A stretch of DNA of 63,152 bases, counting the filler, from Cercozoa sp. M6MM (Eukaryota; Protista; Endomyxa: Ascetosporea): the NCBI GenBank assembly GCA_040357565.1. It is 11 parts of 11 records of this genome, joined end to end, with 100 filler letters (N's around TTAATTAATTAA, not from the genome) between each part and the next. Parts side by side here need not be neighbours in the genome. Positions count along the whole stretch, not along the records: positions 1 to 8,823 come from JBDODJ010000509.1; positions 8,924 to 14,107 come from JBDODJ010000954.1; 9 more parts are not named here. The stretch is one strand, 5' to 3'. Made by a program: the position numbers and the translations under genes. Below the pieces are notes generated by a model that saw only the letters and a program-made list of their open reading frames with translations, did not search any database and was not told the DNA's origin. Positions 1 through 11,604 of the stretch are shown one piece after another (the stretch's first letter is position 1; every line of letters begins with the position of its first letter).

Positions 1-48
1 CCCCCCCCCCCACCCCATTCCCATTCCTTTTACCCCCTACCCTTACAG

Positions 49-463
49 GACCCGACAGAGCAGTCGCAGGCGTTGATCGTGGCGGTTTATTGTATTTGCG
101 TGTCCGCGCGGTTCCTGTCGTCCGACACGGCCAACATCGTGGTCGACACGGTGAGACAGCTGAGTCAGCAGGCATGTCACTGTCTGCACACGCACCCCGC
201 GCTGCCTCGCAAGGGTATTTGTATATATGTCTATATATATATATAAAATATTGTATGAACATAAATAAGGTATGGGCATAGATATAAGCATAGATATATC
301 AGCATGGACATAGATGCAGTGTATTCAATTGATGTGTTTGTGTTGGGGACACAGACGACCAGGCGGTGCTTCGGGCGCTGCGCGACTGCTCGACGCGTCT
401 CGTGCAGCCGACGGCGCCGCCCGTGCTGCGCGAACTCCTCGTGCTGCTCAACGGCCGCTTGTA
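49..463 (+). CDS. 3' end of an unknown helical protein (2 exons visible, partial)
   Basis: Exon DPTEQSQALIVAVYCICVSARFLSSDTANIVVDTVRQLSQQ..., then a GT-AG intron with (TA)n, then last exon DQAVLRALRDCSTRLVQPTAPPVLRELLVLLNGRL-TAG. Confidence 0.55.
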
Positions 464-846
464 GTCTAAGTCTACTCAGACCCTGGACGGTCGGCCAGCA
501 TTCAGCAGGCAAGACGAGCATTCAAGCCGAGCAAGTAAGCAATACGTGGCGTGGATAAGTTACACTACACTACACTACCGCGCGGTCCGGTACTACTAAA
601 TTTAGCGTACGGCAGATCCGATAATCATGCGATGCGGGGATGCGATGGGGCGATCCGGATTCGCCACGAGTCGTGCGATCCGTTGTAGATCAAGCCAGGG
701 GGATTCGAGTGCGTGATTGCACGTGGGATGAATGCATGCGACACAGAGGCGTGTCTTGTCAGTCAGGATGATAAACACTCTCTGTGTATTGTGTCAGTGC
801 CTGTCAATATGAGTGCATTTGGGGTGCGCGTGGGAGTGCTGCCGCC

Positions 847-3193
847 TCAATACCGCGTGCTGAGGTGCAGCAGATCGTTCGTGGTGCCGATGTCCATCAG
901 GTCATTGCCCGAGCCGAACGCGTTCCACGAGAGCCCGCCTGTGCACCCACACAAGACACAACACATACCTCGATATCAGGGAGAAGGAAGGGTTGTCCCT
1001 TAAAGAGGGGAGATTGCAGGGCAACGCACCGTATGCCGTCGGCGAGGCAGCACTCAGCGAACGCAGCGACGAGCTCGGACTGTTGAGTGCCGAGTTGGGA
1101 TTCGACAGCAGCGTCGGCAAGGTCAGACCCAGTTGTTGTTGCTGCTGCTGCTGTTGTTGTTGTCGCAGTTGTTGTTGCAGCTGCAGCTGTTGCTGTTGTT
1201 GTTGTTGTTGTTGTTGTTTCTGCTGCTGTTGTTGTTGCTGTTGTTGTTCCGCGTCCTGCAGACTGGTGACATTGGTGCTGAAGCTGAAGGCGTTTCTAGC
1301 CTCAGCCTCAGCCTCGGCCGCCGCAGAGGCGGCTGCAGTGGCCATCAACGTCGACGGCAGGAACATCTTGTCTTCCTCCACTGTGCACACAGACACACAC
1401 AGACATACACAGACACACGTTACCATGTCCAAGGAAGGGTACACTTGGGCAATCCACCGAGCGACCACTGCGGCTCGTTGGACGGCAGCACGATGGGTGA
1501 CAGTGCGCGTTCCACGTCGTCCATGCAGCCCTCCTCGGCTGCTGCTGGTGGTTGCCGCTGCTGCTGCTGCTGTCGCTGCGCCGACTGAAAGTTCAGCGAC
1601 AGCGAGCCGAGCTGCCAGACATCCGAACCTGCACGCATTCATCATCGGCATACACACATATATGTGTACAGTATATTACACATAGATACACACATACACA
1701 TGAACATACATTTACGTATATATATATATATATAAACAAACATATGCGTCCAAGTGGAGGGCGTGAGGAAAAGCTCACCACGCGACGTCCAGTGCAGGGT
1801 CGAGTGCGGCGCCGGGTGCACCGGGAGTGACGGCGTTTCGACCATGCCGACCACGGCAGTCTCGGGCACAGTGGACACCGTGTGCGCCAGAAACTTGAGG
1901 TTGCCCAGGTTGCTGCCGCCGTGCAGGTTGCTGCGCTGGCTTGAGGGTGCACTGCGCGCCTGCAGCAGCTCGGCACTCGGGCGAAACAGCGCGCGCGACG
2001 TCACGCTGTGGCGCCGCGTGTCGCCTGCCATCGTCGGCGCCGACGACGTGTGGTAGCTGTGTGCGCGCGGTCGTCGTCCCGGCGGCTTGTACACGCGCGA
2101 CGCCGCTCCGTATTGCTGCAGCGGCAGTGTCGACGGCAGTGTCGTCGACAGTTTCGACAGCGTCTACTCAGTGTGCGTGGTATCAGGTGCCATAGGGTCA
2201 GAGAAGGGCAGACAGAGCATACCTGCAGTGCCGTCGTTGATCTTCGCCGACGCTTCTGTCGCGGCGCATCGGCGGCGTCGTTGCTGCGCGACTTGGAGTG
2301 ACTGGCGCCGCTCGAGCCGCCCAGACTTGGCCGCAGGTCCGGTTGCTGCATGAGGATCTGCAGGATGTACTGGTACAGCGGCGCTGACGGACCCAGACCG
2401 TGCGCCGACTTGCGCGACGACTGTGTGAAGTGCAATCGCGTCACGCGACGCATCGTGCTGTTCACAGATGATCACACATATACAAATACGACAATCACAA
2501 CACCTAAATTGATTGTGTAAAATTGTTAAACGTACGAATTCCAGCGGTTCTTGATCATGTTATCCGAGCGACCTGGCAGGTGTTGTGAGATTAGAGACCT
2601 GCGTCAAGGTGCAGGGGACCGTGAAGAACGACACACTCTCGCATACTCTCAAGACACAGACGGTGTAGCGTACCACTTTGGCCCGTGCTTGCGGTGCAAC
2701 TCGATGATCTTTTCGTCCTCTTCCGTAGTCCAGGCGCGCCGCGTGTTGCGTGACACATCCGGACGCAGATTGTTGTGCCAACGCTGAGCGTCAATGGATC
2801 ATACAAACACACTCAAACAAATGCGCCGCTCAAATGAGCTGCTCAATGAGCCTCAACTTGCGTACCTCACGACACTGCTTGCCTGTGCGATCGTCCATGT
2901 GCTTGCCGATTTCGGTCCACGACTTAGAGCCGTACCGTTGCACGAGCGACTCAAGCCTACGCAGACAGAACAGAACAGCACAAACATAAACATGGCCTCA
3001 GCAAGACCAAGGTGTAGAAGAGAGATGATCCTTACATGGCGTCCTCCTCGGCGGTCCAAGCGCGCTTCTTAGCGCCTTGTGCATTCGCTTTTTCTGTCAA
3101 GAAACACGAAGGGATATTGTGGTCAAAGCGATGGCGTCACGATCGCTGAGACAAAACACAGAGACAAAACACACCTTTTGATGTCCCTGTCAT
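847..3193 (-). CDS. R2R3-type Myb transcription factor with low-complexity/polyQ C-terminus (multi-exon)
   Basis: Spliced translation MTGTSKEKANAQGAKKRAWTAEEDAMLESLVQRYGSKSWTEIGKHMDDRTGKQCRERWHNNLRPD...[42 protein letters not shown] shows two canonical Myb repeats. Last exon ends DLLHLSTRY-TGA. Confidence 0.92.
1132..1248 (-). repeat. CAA/CAG polyglutamine tract in the Myb gene
   Basis: (TGT/TGC)n on the + strand; ORF 902..1657(-) shows the long Q run. Confidence 0.95.
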
Positions 3194-3751
3194 TCTCCTC
3201 TCTCTCACACACACTCTGAGTCTGTTTCACCGCCAGATCGTCGTGCAACACAGCGGAATCCACCTGGCGCGATTGTGTGCGACTACAGGCAGGGCAAAAG
3301 ACGTGCTGACCCACCACTGGGCAATTCACGTGGACTGCAGATCAGGCAAAGATCAGCGATCACTGCACCTCTTGAGCCCCCGCTGGCGAGCACCTGGGCT
3401 TTGAATTTGTTTATGGTAGTAAGTAGAGCAACCTCGCGATCTTTCAGGCAGCTGGCTGAATGAGGGTCAATTCGATCACCCCATACAACGATCATATTTT
3501 CGCGTTGTTGTTCTGTGGTTTGATCGCGTTAATTTGATTGGAGAAGCAGAGCGCAAGGCAACGGGTTTAATGTAGTAGTCTGGCACAGTAGCAGTAATGG
3601 GCAAAAATTAAGCCATGATGGCGAGGAAATGCTGTTTTAGTCATCCTTCTGGCTTCGCCTTTTGTCATTGCTGTCTTTGAGGGAGTCGCTTGCGAGCCCG
3701 CAGGTGCTTGATTTGTTTTTCTACCCAAAAGCGAAGCACCCTTCGCGCATT

Positions 3752-5250
3752 TTAGCACATCGAATGCGTACGGGCCAGAGTACCCAATAGTTGCAGTTCC
3801 TTTTCGTACACACTCAGGTCAACATCACTGAGCGACGGCCCAGCGTCGTTTCGACCTGCAGTCGCAGCAAAAAGGATTTCGTCAATGATGAACAAAGAAA
3901 AAATAGTTTTAAAAAAACACCAAAGGTGAAGTTAAATTACCTGCACTTCCAGACCTAGACGTGATCAATTCGCCCAAAGTGTTGTGGGTCCGGTTAGACG
4001 AGCACTTGCTGCCATCAGAGGACAGATTGGCGGTATCGCTGGCGCTGTCACCCCGCGTTGGTAGGTTCGGACTGCTACTTCGCAACTTGGATCGGGGTCC
4101 GGCACTTCTTCGCAAGGATCGAGCGTACGGAGATACTGGATGAGTACGGTGTTCGGTCGAGCTCGCAGTCTTTTTTCGCGCCGGAGCGGTCACGTGCTTG
4201 CGTTTTACATCTCGTAGATCGAGCTGTGGAACGGAAACTTCGCCGACTCGTACAGGTAGTTCAGTCGGAATAACCAGCTTGTCCATCAGCGAAGTCTCGG
4301 AAATCGTTCGAGCTGTCGTACCCTTTCCTTCGTCGGCGTGTCTCAGTCGCCACCGCTCTTGCTTTTGTTCACGGAGCCAAGCTTCGTTCATCGGGGTACG
4401 AGGCAACACGGATTCACGGGAGAGAAGCTCTACTTTCACAATCAGCAAAACATTGCATCTGCATGATGTGTCAAGAAGAGATGGTACGGTGAAGACTCTG
4501 GGGGCGACTTCGAGGTGTCAATATTGATTCGCGGCATGTGGCGCTTCCTGAAAGGTGCAGGTCGGAACGAGGCTGCTGGAATGTGCACGTGCGTGCACTC
4601 TGAGGCGCGGATATCGCGAAACTGGCTTTCTTACTGGCGCCTGCGACTAAAGACAAGTCGAAGGTTTTGTGTTTCACCAACTTGTTGTTCTGCAGAATAT
4701 AAGTTTAACCGTAAATAGTTTTCACTCGTTTAGTTCAAACTTCAGAGATACCCAAACCCAACTTCTCTCAGTTGTATATGCAATTTGCAAAGAGAAAGAT
4801 GCAGAGAGGGAGAGATTTTACCTTGCGTAATCGTTGCTTCCACTCGTGCAGTTCGTCTGACAGTGGCGAAGGTTCAGACTCGAGTCGCTTCTGCAGAGCT
4901 CGATTACCGCTCGCCACACGAAGCTCTCGTTGCCGCAGTTTCTTTAGTCGACTGCGACGTGTGTTGCGAAGGTATCTCCGTCGGTCGCTATCACTCCGAG
5001 ACACCGCCTTGATAATCGAACTCGGCCGCGTGTAGATCTCTCTGAGACGTCGAACGATCAATTCGTTCTCCTTTTGGATCCGAGCTTTCGTGGATTGCTC
5101 TCGTTGAGAGAGATGCCGGGAATTTTGCCGACGCCGGGACCAGCTCTTGGGCTCGTTGCTGTCGACCAAGGCGCAAGCTTGTTCGATTCGCTCGACATGC
5201 GAGGCGTACTTTCTCCGTTCAATTTCAAGCTCATGAGCACGCACTGTCAT
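3752..5250 (-). CDS. CFAP97/Hemingway (KIAA1430-domain) cilia/flagella-associated-like protein
   Basis: Exon 1 RKYASHVERIEQACALVDSNEPK...RIQKENELIVRRLREI...RQRELRVASGNRALQKRLES fits the duplicated I..EN..L..RL pattern of this family. Downstream exons splice in frame; the 3' end is approximate. Confidence 0.6.
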
Positions 5251-5533
5251 CTTTCACCCGTATTGCAGCTACCACCGTATGTCGACAGAGTGCAATGTGC
5301 CCTGCTCGAGTGTTTCTTGAATCCGCGCGGACAAATGAAAACGACTCGGACATCAAGTAAAATTTAGTTAGATTCCGTTCATTTGAACTCCGCAAAGCTA
5401 CGCGTACTCGTACTTCCAGTCTTCACACATGCACGACAGTATGGTCGATACTGGGCAGAGTGAATTTAAATGCACAATTTACAGCAGTCCACAGCAAAAT
5501 GAAACGCGCTCCCGAAACTGTTTAAATTTATAT

Positions 5534-6460
5534 TCAAGGCGTGATTGGCGGGCATCCTGGAACAGGAGTCGATGTCGTCATCATCTGCTCGTCGAGTTCC
5601 TAGTTGTTTTTGTACAGTCATTGAGGGGAAGCAGAGGTGAGAAGGCAAGAAGAGTACTGCACCTGTTGAAGGAAGATATCCTCGATTTGGCGAAAGTTTG
5701 AAGTGTTGCTGTTCTCGAGACACATTGGAGGTGATGTACTGTTGCCCAACAAGGCGACCTCGGAATCCTACTTGCATTGCTTACCAAGGTTTTATAAACT
5801 CACACATGACTGGATAGCAGACGCTGTCTTCATAATAAATTTATGGCAGATACCAATGGACTCAAAGTGGTCTCGTTGCTGACGTTGAAGTCAATGAGAC
5901 ACATCGGCGGAACAAGTGGTGACACCGTTGTTGTTGCTTGCAGAGGCGCTCTCCCCGACTAGAGTCAATTTTGCTAGCTGGTGCACTCAAGATATACCGA
6001 TGGGTATCAGCACCTCGTTTTTTACCATAACCACGACGAAAAAGACAAACTGCCGGAGCAAAGCGACAACCTCAAAGCACAGGAATGCCACCGAAACGCA
6101 CGACAGAATCTACTTGGGTTGTGAATATGCATATATAACTTCCCTACGATACAATTGAAGCAACTCAACAAAAAAGCTCGTACAATTGCAGCGTTGAGAT
6201 ATCGCATGGAAGTGTGCCGATGGCGGAGACTGGCGCTTCTTTTTCCACTGAGTTGAACCGATATGAATTAGTGTTGGACGCAGGAACTAAACATAAGACA
6301 CGCAAGGCAATCCAGCATACTCTAATTTAAGGCACAGCACTGCAAATGCCGTGCTGATCAGCGAGACGACAATACTCCAGTCGACATGCTCAAACAGGAA
6401 GGTCCACAGCGACACCCAAGCGTGTATCAACGATACAACGCTGTCTAAAAACGCCTGCAT
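5534..6460 (-). CDS. Hypothetical membrane protein (multi-exon)
   Basis: Hydrophobic segments (WSIVVSLISTAFAVLCL; ILSCVSVAFLCFEVVALLRQFVFFVVVM), GT-AG-bounded exons, last exon ELDEQMMTTSTPVPGCPPITP-TGA. Confidence 0.5.
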
Positions 6461-6575
6461 TGACTCCCGCGCGCATCTATGCACACCATCAAATGGACGA
6501 TATCAACGCGATCTCCGAGAGAAAGGCCGAAGTGTACACTATTTAACTCCTGTTCCCTGCAACTATAAAAATACC

Positions 6576-7321
6576 TCAGAAATTAACGCTAAACAAGTCA
6601 GCTTCATCGTCCTGCGATTGCGATCGAGAGGCACTGACTCTTGCTTCCTGCAAAAGGTTGTTCAGGTGATCAAAACACGGGCAAAGAAACTACACAAAAG
6701 GCAAAAGGGCAACCTGAGGTGTTGATGGAACTTCCTTTAGCTTTAGCAGCGAGCACAGGTGCGCGTATTTTGCGCGCAGCAGCTGCAACCTCTGTAACTG
6801 TGTCGTTGCCTTGTCTCTGTGTTGATAAGTGCATTTGATACACTGATGCTGTCAATCAAACCAACGTACAGAGAGAGATGCATCTCGGCGAGTTTCTGAG
6901 CGAAGCGTGCCAAACTCTTACGCAGCTTTCGCTCGTGTGCCTCGGGAAAGCTTCTGTTCAAACCAAAAAGCTGACTTCAAACGAAACGTTCGAAACAAGT
7001 CAAAACTCACAGTCTGCCCGACTCGAGCAAAGCTTCCGTCGCCGCAACCACACCAAAGAAGAAACCGATCTCGCGGCCATACTGTTCGCCGACTTGTGCT
7101 CCCTGCACACGCGACTTTGTCCAAGGGTTCTAGACCCAGCACGTATTACCTCATTCAGCGCTTTCTCGCCTCCTTGCGTCTTGCCTTGCTGGAAACCATC
7201 GCGAGCAACCTGCGCACAGAATCGAGAATCGAGGTTGGGCAGAATGATATTTGACCTCATGTGCCACGTGCGTTTCAAGGTCTAAAACGCGGTCGAACGC
7301 GTCATCGATATCGTCACCCAT
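6576..7321 (-). CDS. LTO1: LTO1/ORAOV1 family protein (Yae1_N Gly-repeat; ABCE1 Fe-S maturation adaptor)
   Basis: MGDDIDDAFDRVLDLETHVAHE-VARDGFQQGKTQGGEKALNE-GAQVGEQYGREIGFFFG carries the GxxxG repeat and EIG motif. It ends in an aromatic residue (...DLFSVNF-TGA). Confidence 0.75.
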
Positions 7322-7561
7322 CCGGTGATCTGTCGTAATTACCGAGAAAGAGCCTGGGGCTGGACTATTATTTTCATACAAGTCAATAACGTAGCCAGAA
7401 ATTTGGCATCTCGTGGCAACTTGGGCACAAAGCAGCGTGTGACTGTGTTGGTAGTGTGTTCCGTGTAGCTGGTAGTGCAGCTGTGCGTGTTAGTTGAGTA
7501 TTGGAAGAATTATTTTAGTTTTTCCCCTGTATCCTGTACTGCATCCACAGGGCCAAAACAG

Positions 7562-8763
7562 ATGGACCAGGGCGCACTGGACGCGCTGCTGGACAGCGAT
7601 GGTTCCTCAGTCGACGACATTGAGAGTAGTGACGAAGGCGAGGAGCTGGAAATGCCCCCGGTGGGTCACGTGAGTGATGCCAAGATGCGCGACGACGACG
7701 CTCACTTTGGCGAAACGCCGATCGGTCTGGAGCGTGCCACTTTGGACCAGGTTGGTCTGGACCGTCCCAGAACAGAAGAAGACAGCGAAAGCGAGGCAGA
7801 CGAGCGGTCGCAGGTGCGTGTAGATGCCGTGCAGCAGCTGCTGACGAGTGACCCGTGCGTCCGCGCGGACGACAGTGTCACACGTCGCTACAGCGAGCAG
7901 CACTTCCAGCGGCGTTTCGGACACGTGCTGCGACTGAAGAAACGCGCTGATCCGCTGCGTCGACTGCGACGATTCCTGCCGCACCGATCGTTGCAGGCAC
8001 GGTCGGTGACACCGTCAGTTGCACCGTCCGGTCAGATCGACTGGAGTGCCGCCGCGCTGCTCAGCGACGACGACGAAAGCTTCGCCACCGATCACGACGA
8101 AAGCGACGCTGCGCCGCTCGAAGCGACCGAAGCGGCCGAGTGCGTGCCTGAGTGGACCTGGAACGTGCGTCGCGTCGCGCCCGTCGCCGTGTAGCTTTCG
8201 CTCTTTCTCTTCGCTTTGCTTCGGTTTTGCTTCGCGTGATTTCGCTTTTGCTACGCGCGATTTCGCTTTTGCTTCGCGTGATTTCGCGTTGCTTCGCTTG
8301 CTTCGCGTGATTTCGATATTGCTTCGCTTCGATGATTTTGTTGCTTTGCTTTGTTTCGAAAGTTTCGCTTCGTTGGCTTTGTTGCTTTGCTTTGTTTCGA
8401 AAGTGCATGTGTGTGTGTGAAGCGAGGACAAGGCGGATGTGGGCGAGTTCGACGACGAGGACGGGAGCAAGGACGTGGCACTGCTGGAGGATGAGGTTGT
8501 GCTTCCGCGCGGACAGGAGAAAAAGGAAGAAACGGAGGAGAAGCAGGAGGACGTCGGGTCGGGCTTGCTGAGCAGCATGCCGGTTTTCCCGTCGCTTGGC
8601 GCCGATCTCTTCTCGCTCTCGGTGTGTCTTTTGGGGGAGGGGGGTAAAAGGGGGTAAGGGGGGGGCAATATTTCATGGTGAGTGTCGGCAGAGCGACGAG
8701 AAAGCGGAAGCGCCGACGAAAACTTTGTCGGTCGAAATCGGCCCGGCTGCCGGCACAACCGAG
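7562..8763 (+). CDS. Hypothetical acidic protein, 5' part (truncated by contig end)
   Basis: MDQGALDALLDSDGSSVDDIESSDEGEE... with an in-frame splice 8190/8422 into VEDKADVGEFDDEDGSK. Confidence 0.6.
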
Positions 8764-8823
8764 GTAGGCGTTTTTACCCCCCTGTTTACCCCCCTCACCC
8801 CTATTCACCCCCTGTTTACCCCC

Positions 8824-8923
8824 NNNNNNNNNNNNNNNNNNNNNNNNNNNNNNNNNNNNNNNNNNNNTTAATTAATTAANNNNNNNNNNNNNNNNNNNNN
8901 NNNNNNNNNNNNNNNNNNNNNNN
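8824..8923. other. Artificial contig-join spacer N44-TTAATTAATTAA-N44; also at 14108, 19356, 21158, 29462, 37611, 42200, 48274, 56083 and 61300
   Basis: The same 100-nt construct, with stops in all six frames, occurs 10 times. The gaps at 9396-9495 and 11821-11920 are plain 100 N (within-scaffold). Confidence 0.97.
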
Positions 8924-8974
<51 letters not shown>

Positions 8975-9044
8975 CGCACGTGACTCAGTCATCAGTCAGC
9001 AGTGAGCCATAGAGTCCCAGTGATACACACGTGCGTGAGGTACC

Positions 9045-9325
9045 GTCATGGCACGTGACACGAAGGATTCAGCGCCTTGCATCGTCACTCGCTGCGCAGA
9101 CAACAGGGAGAGGTCACCGTGTCCATACAGACGGACACACCGACACATCTGGACAGGCACAGTGACAGACATTGCAACAGAGGCACCAGTCGGAAGTTGA
9201 CATTGCTGTGCTTGTAGGTTAGCTGTGTACATACACACATGCACACACATGCACACACATGCACACACATGCATGCACACACACAACAAACACACAACAC
9301 ACAACACACAACACACAACACACAC

Positions 9326-9390
<65 letters not shown>

Positions 9391-10085
9391 ACACANNNNN
9401 NNNNNNNNNNNNNNNNNNNNNNNNNNNNNNNNNNNNNNNNNNNNNNNNNNNNNNNNNNNNNNNNNNNNNNNNNNNNNNNNNNNNNNNNNNNNNNNACACA
9501 CACACACACACACACAAAGGATACGTGGTACCTGTCGGAAGATCACGTTTATTTGTGCAAAGCCTTCGGTCAGTGGAATGGCTTGCAGGGGACTTCACGC
9601 AGACAACAACGGTGCACAGACACAGTGCATGCTGGAGGGGGAGGTAAGGTACCACTCCTTGCCATTGACAGAGACACCGAGCACGGCGTCCTGGTTGGCT
9701 ATACGCGTCATCTGCGAGCCAGAGTGCACACTGCCTTAATAGCAACGACAACAGCAGCAACAAGAGATACCTGCTCGTTGTCGTACAGAACTTCGATTTG
9801 CAGTTGGCCAGATATCTGCACACAGACAGACAGGTGCAAAGTGTCTGCATACGGTGGCTACACCCTACCTTTTGTACAGCGCCGTTCCCATCCACTACAT
9901 GCACCTGGAGCGGCATCGGCTGGTTTACAAACGGGCATGCTACACAAACGGCCCAGTGTTCACAGGAATACACTGCATTGCAGCGCCACACAGGATGATC
10001 ATCTCTCGTGATCGCAGGCATGAAATGAACAACAAAACGCCAAAATATTAAGCTCACCCCGAATGCCTGTCGTGACGATCCGCAT
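9045..10085 (-). CDS. Hypothetical beta-sandwich protein, 5' part (possible Ig-fold DNA-binding domain)
   Basis: Consecutive GT-AG exons splice in frame: CPFVNQPMPLQVHVVDGNGAVQK / ISGQLQIEVLYDNEQ / MTRIANQDAVLGVSVNGKE / CPLQAIPLTEGFAQINVIFRQ / HSNVNFRL / RVTMQGAESFVSRAMT. The start is uncertain. Confidence 0.55.
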
Positions 10086-10359
10086 GCGTATGTAGCGCTC
10101 TGGCCTTTCAGCTCACGGCTGCTCGCGTCTCTAGTCTACAATACCTCTAGTCGTCTCCGCCCTCACATTGATTGGGCGGTCCGTCTGTACTGTTTCATTA
10201 AAATAAGAATCGATCACTTTCAGTTTTCGGTGTGAACAGCCTGCTCAGACCGTTGCGCTTCGCAGGCAGGGGCTAAGATACCACTGACTGCTGTGTGCTG
10301 TTTGTGTTAGTTTGGTTATCGGCAGTGCGAATTTCAATAACCAGAGCACAGAAAAGGCA
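10086..10359. promoter_or_regulatory. Putative bidirectional promoter (overlapping ATTGG and GGGCGG near 10171-10179)
   Basis: Short head-to-head interval between two divergent genes; contains ATTGATTGGGCGG (reverse CCAAT plus GC-box-like). Confidence 0.3.
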
Positions 10360-11341
10360 ATGAACCCCGTGTTCTTCTATGTGCCGAACATCATCGGCTA
10401 TGGCCGCGTCGTGACGGTACCCTGGATGGCTTGTGCGATGTGATACCTGCGCATTTGCATGTGCCTGTGTGCCGTGTGTGCAGGCGCTGCTGGCGCTGCT
10501 GCTGTGCGAGTCGCGGCCGTTCGTGGCAGCGGCGTCTTACGCCCTGTCGATGGGTCTCGACGCCGTTGATGGCGTCGCAGCCAGACACTTCAAGTGCCCT
10601 GCCCCAAAAATACTTGGCTAAATCCTGTTCTGCCACTTTGCTTCATGTGTGCTTGCGTCTCTGTAGTCAGTGCAGCAAGTTTGGTGCCATGCTCGACATG
10701 CTGACCGACCGCATGAGCACGTGCGGTCTGCTGATTGTGCTAGCGCGTCTCTACCCGGACTACTGGCAGGTGTTCGCGCTGCTCATCGTGCTCGACACGG
10801 TGTCGCACTGGATGCAGATGGACAGCCGCCTGATGTCGGTACTCGTCCTTGCTGTCTGTCCGGGGTGTGACGTCTGCCATGTGCATGCTGTGCGTGTGTG
10901 TGTCCTGCAGGGCGCCAAGTCGCACAAGGGCGCTCGCAACGCACTCCTGAACTTCTACTACACCTTCCCGTTCGCGCTGCTCTTCTTCTGCGTCGGTGCC
11001 GAGGTGCTTTTCCTCTCATACAAGAGTCGCTGTCCACGGTCTTACTTGTCTGTGTTTGGCCCAGGCCTTCTTGATCGCTCTCTTCGTCAAGGCACACACG
11101 AACGACCAGGAAGCTGGCACTCTGTTCGCGCAGATCAACACCTTCATGACGTACACGGCGTACGTGTGCATGCCGGTGTTCGGCATGAAGCAACTCTTCA
11201 ACGTGGTACAGACAACAATTCGGCAAGGTGCCTGTGATATTTGTGGCTGGCCCTTGTTGGTAGATTCAGCTCCAGGAGGCTGCTGAACTGGTGGCGTCGT
11301 TTGACGATCCGCGTCGCAAGTCCAAGAAGCTGACGCAGTAG
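10360..11341 (+). CDS. PIS1: CDP-diacylglycerol--inositol 3-phosphatidyltransferase (phosphatidylinositol synthase), 6 exons
   Basis: MNPVFFYVPNIIGYGRV...LDAVDGVAARHFNQCSKFGAMLDMLTDR (CDP-alcohol phosphotransferase motif)...LDTVSHW...SHK. The gene is complete with 5 GT-AG introns. Confidence 0.96.
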
Positions 11342-11604
11342 ACTCCTTTTGTTTGACTATTATTTTTCAGTTGTTTTTGCCCTTACACCCGCCGAATTAA
11401 CGTTTGCGCTGAATCTTAAGTCAAATAAACGCGTTTGAAGTATCTAAAGTCTCGTTTTGCGAACCTAGGGTGCAAACGTTTCGTGGGTCGATTGATTTCA
11501 AGAGAGAAAGCTTGTCTGCAGACAGCTGCTTGCAAGTTGCAGTGGACCGTGTGCTTGTGCACTTACAGATACAGTGCAGACTGTGCACCTAACGAGCGAG
11601 AACG

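Noticed and set aside
993-1685. Poly-Cys and poly-Leu ORFs (also 35579-35911 and 60758-61355)
   Set aside because: They are antisense shadows of polyQ and polyN coding tracts.
8868-8879. TTAATTAATTAA recurring ten times as a possible biological repeat or recombination site
   Set aside because: It is always centred in identical N-runs and is a six-frame-stop concatenation linker. Synteny across these joins was not interpreted.
9085-9739. ORFs with HTHT/CVCV/YIYI/MYVC/PYPTL repeats here and at 12331-13972, 37655, 56127 and 61344-62383
   Set aside because: They are translations of intronic microsatellites and N gaps.
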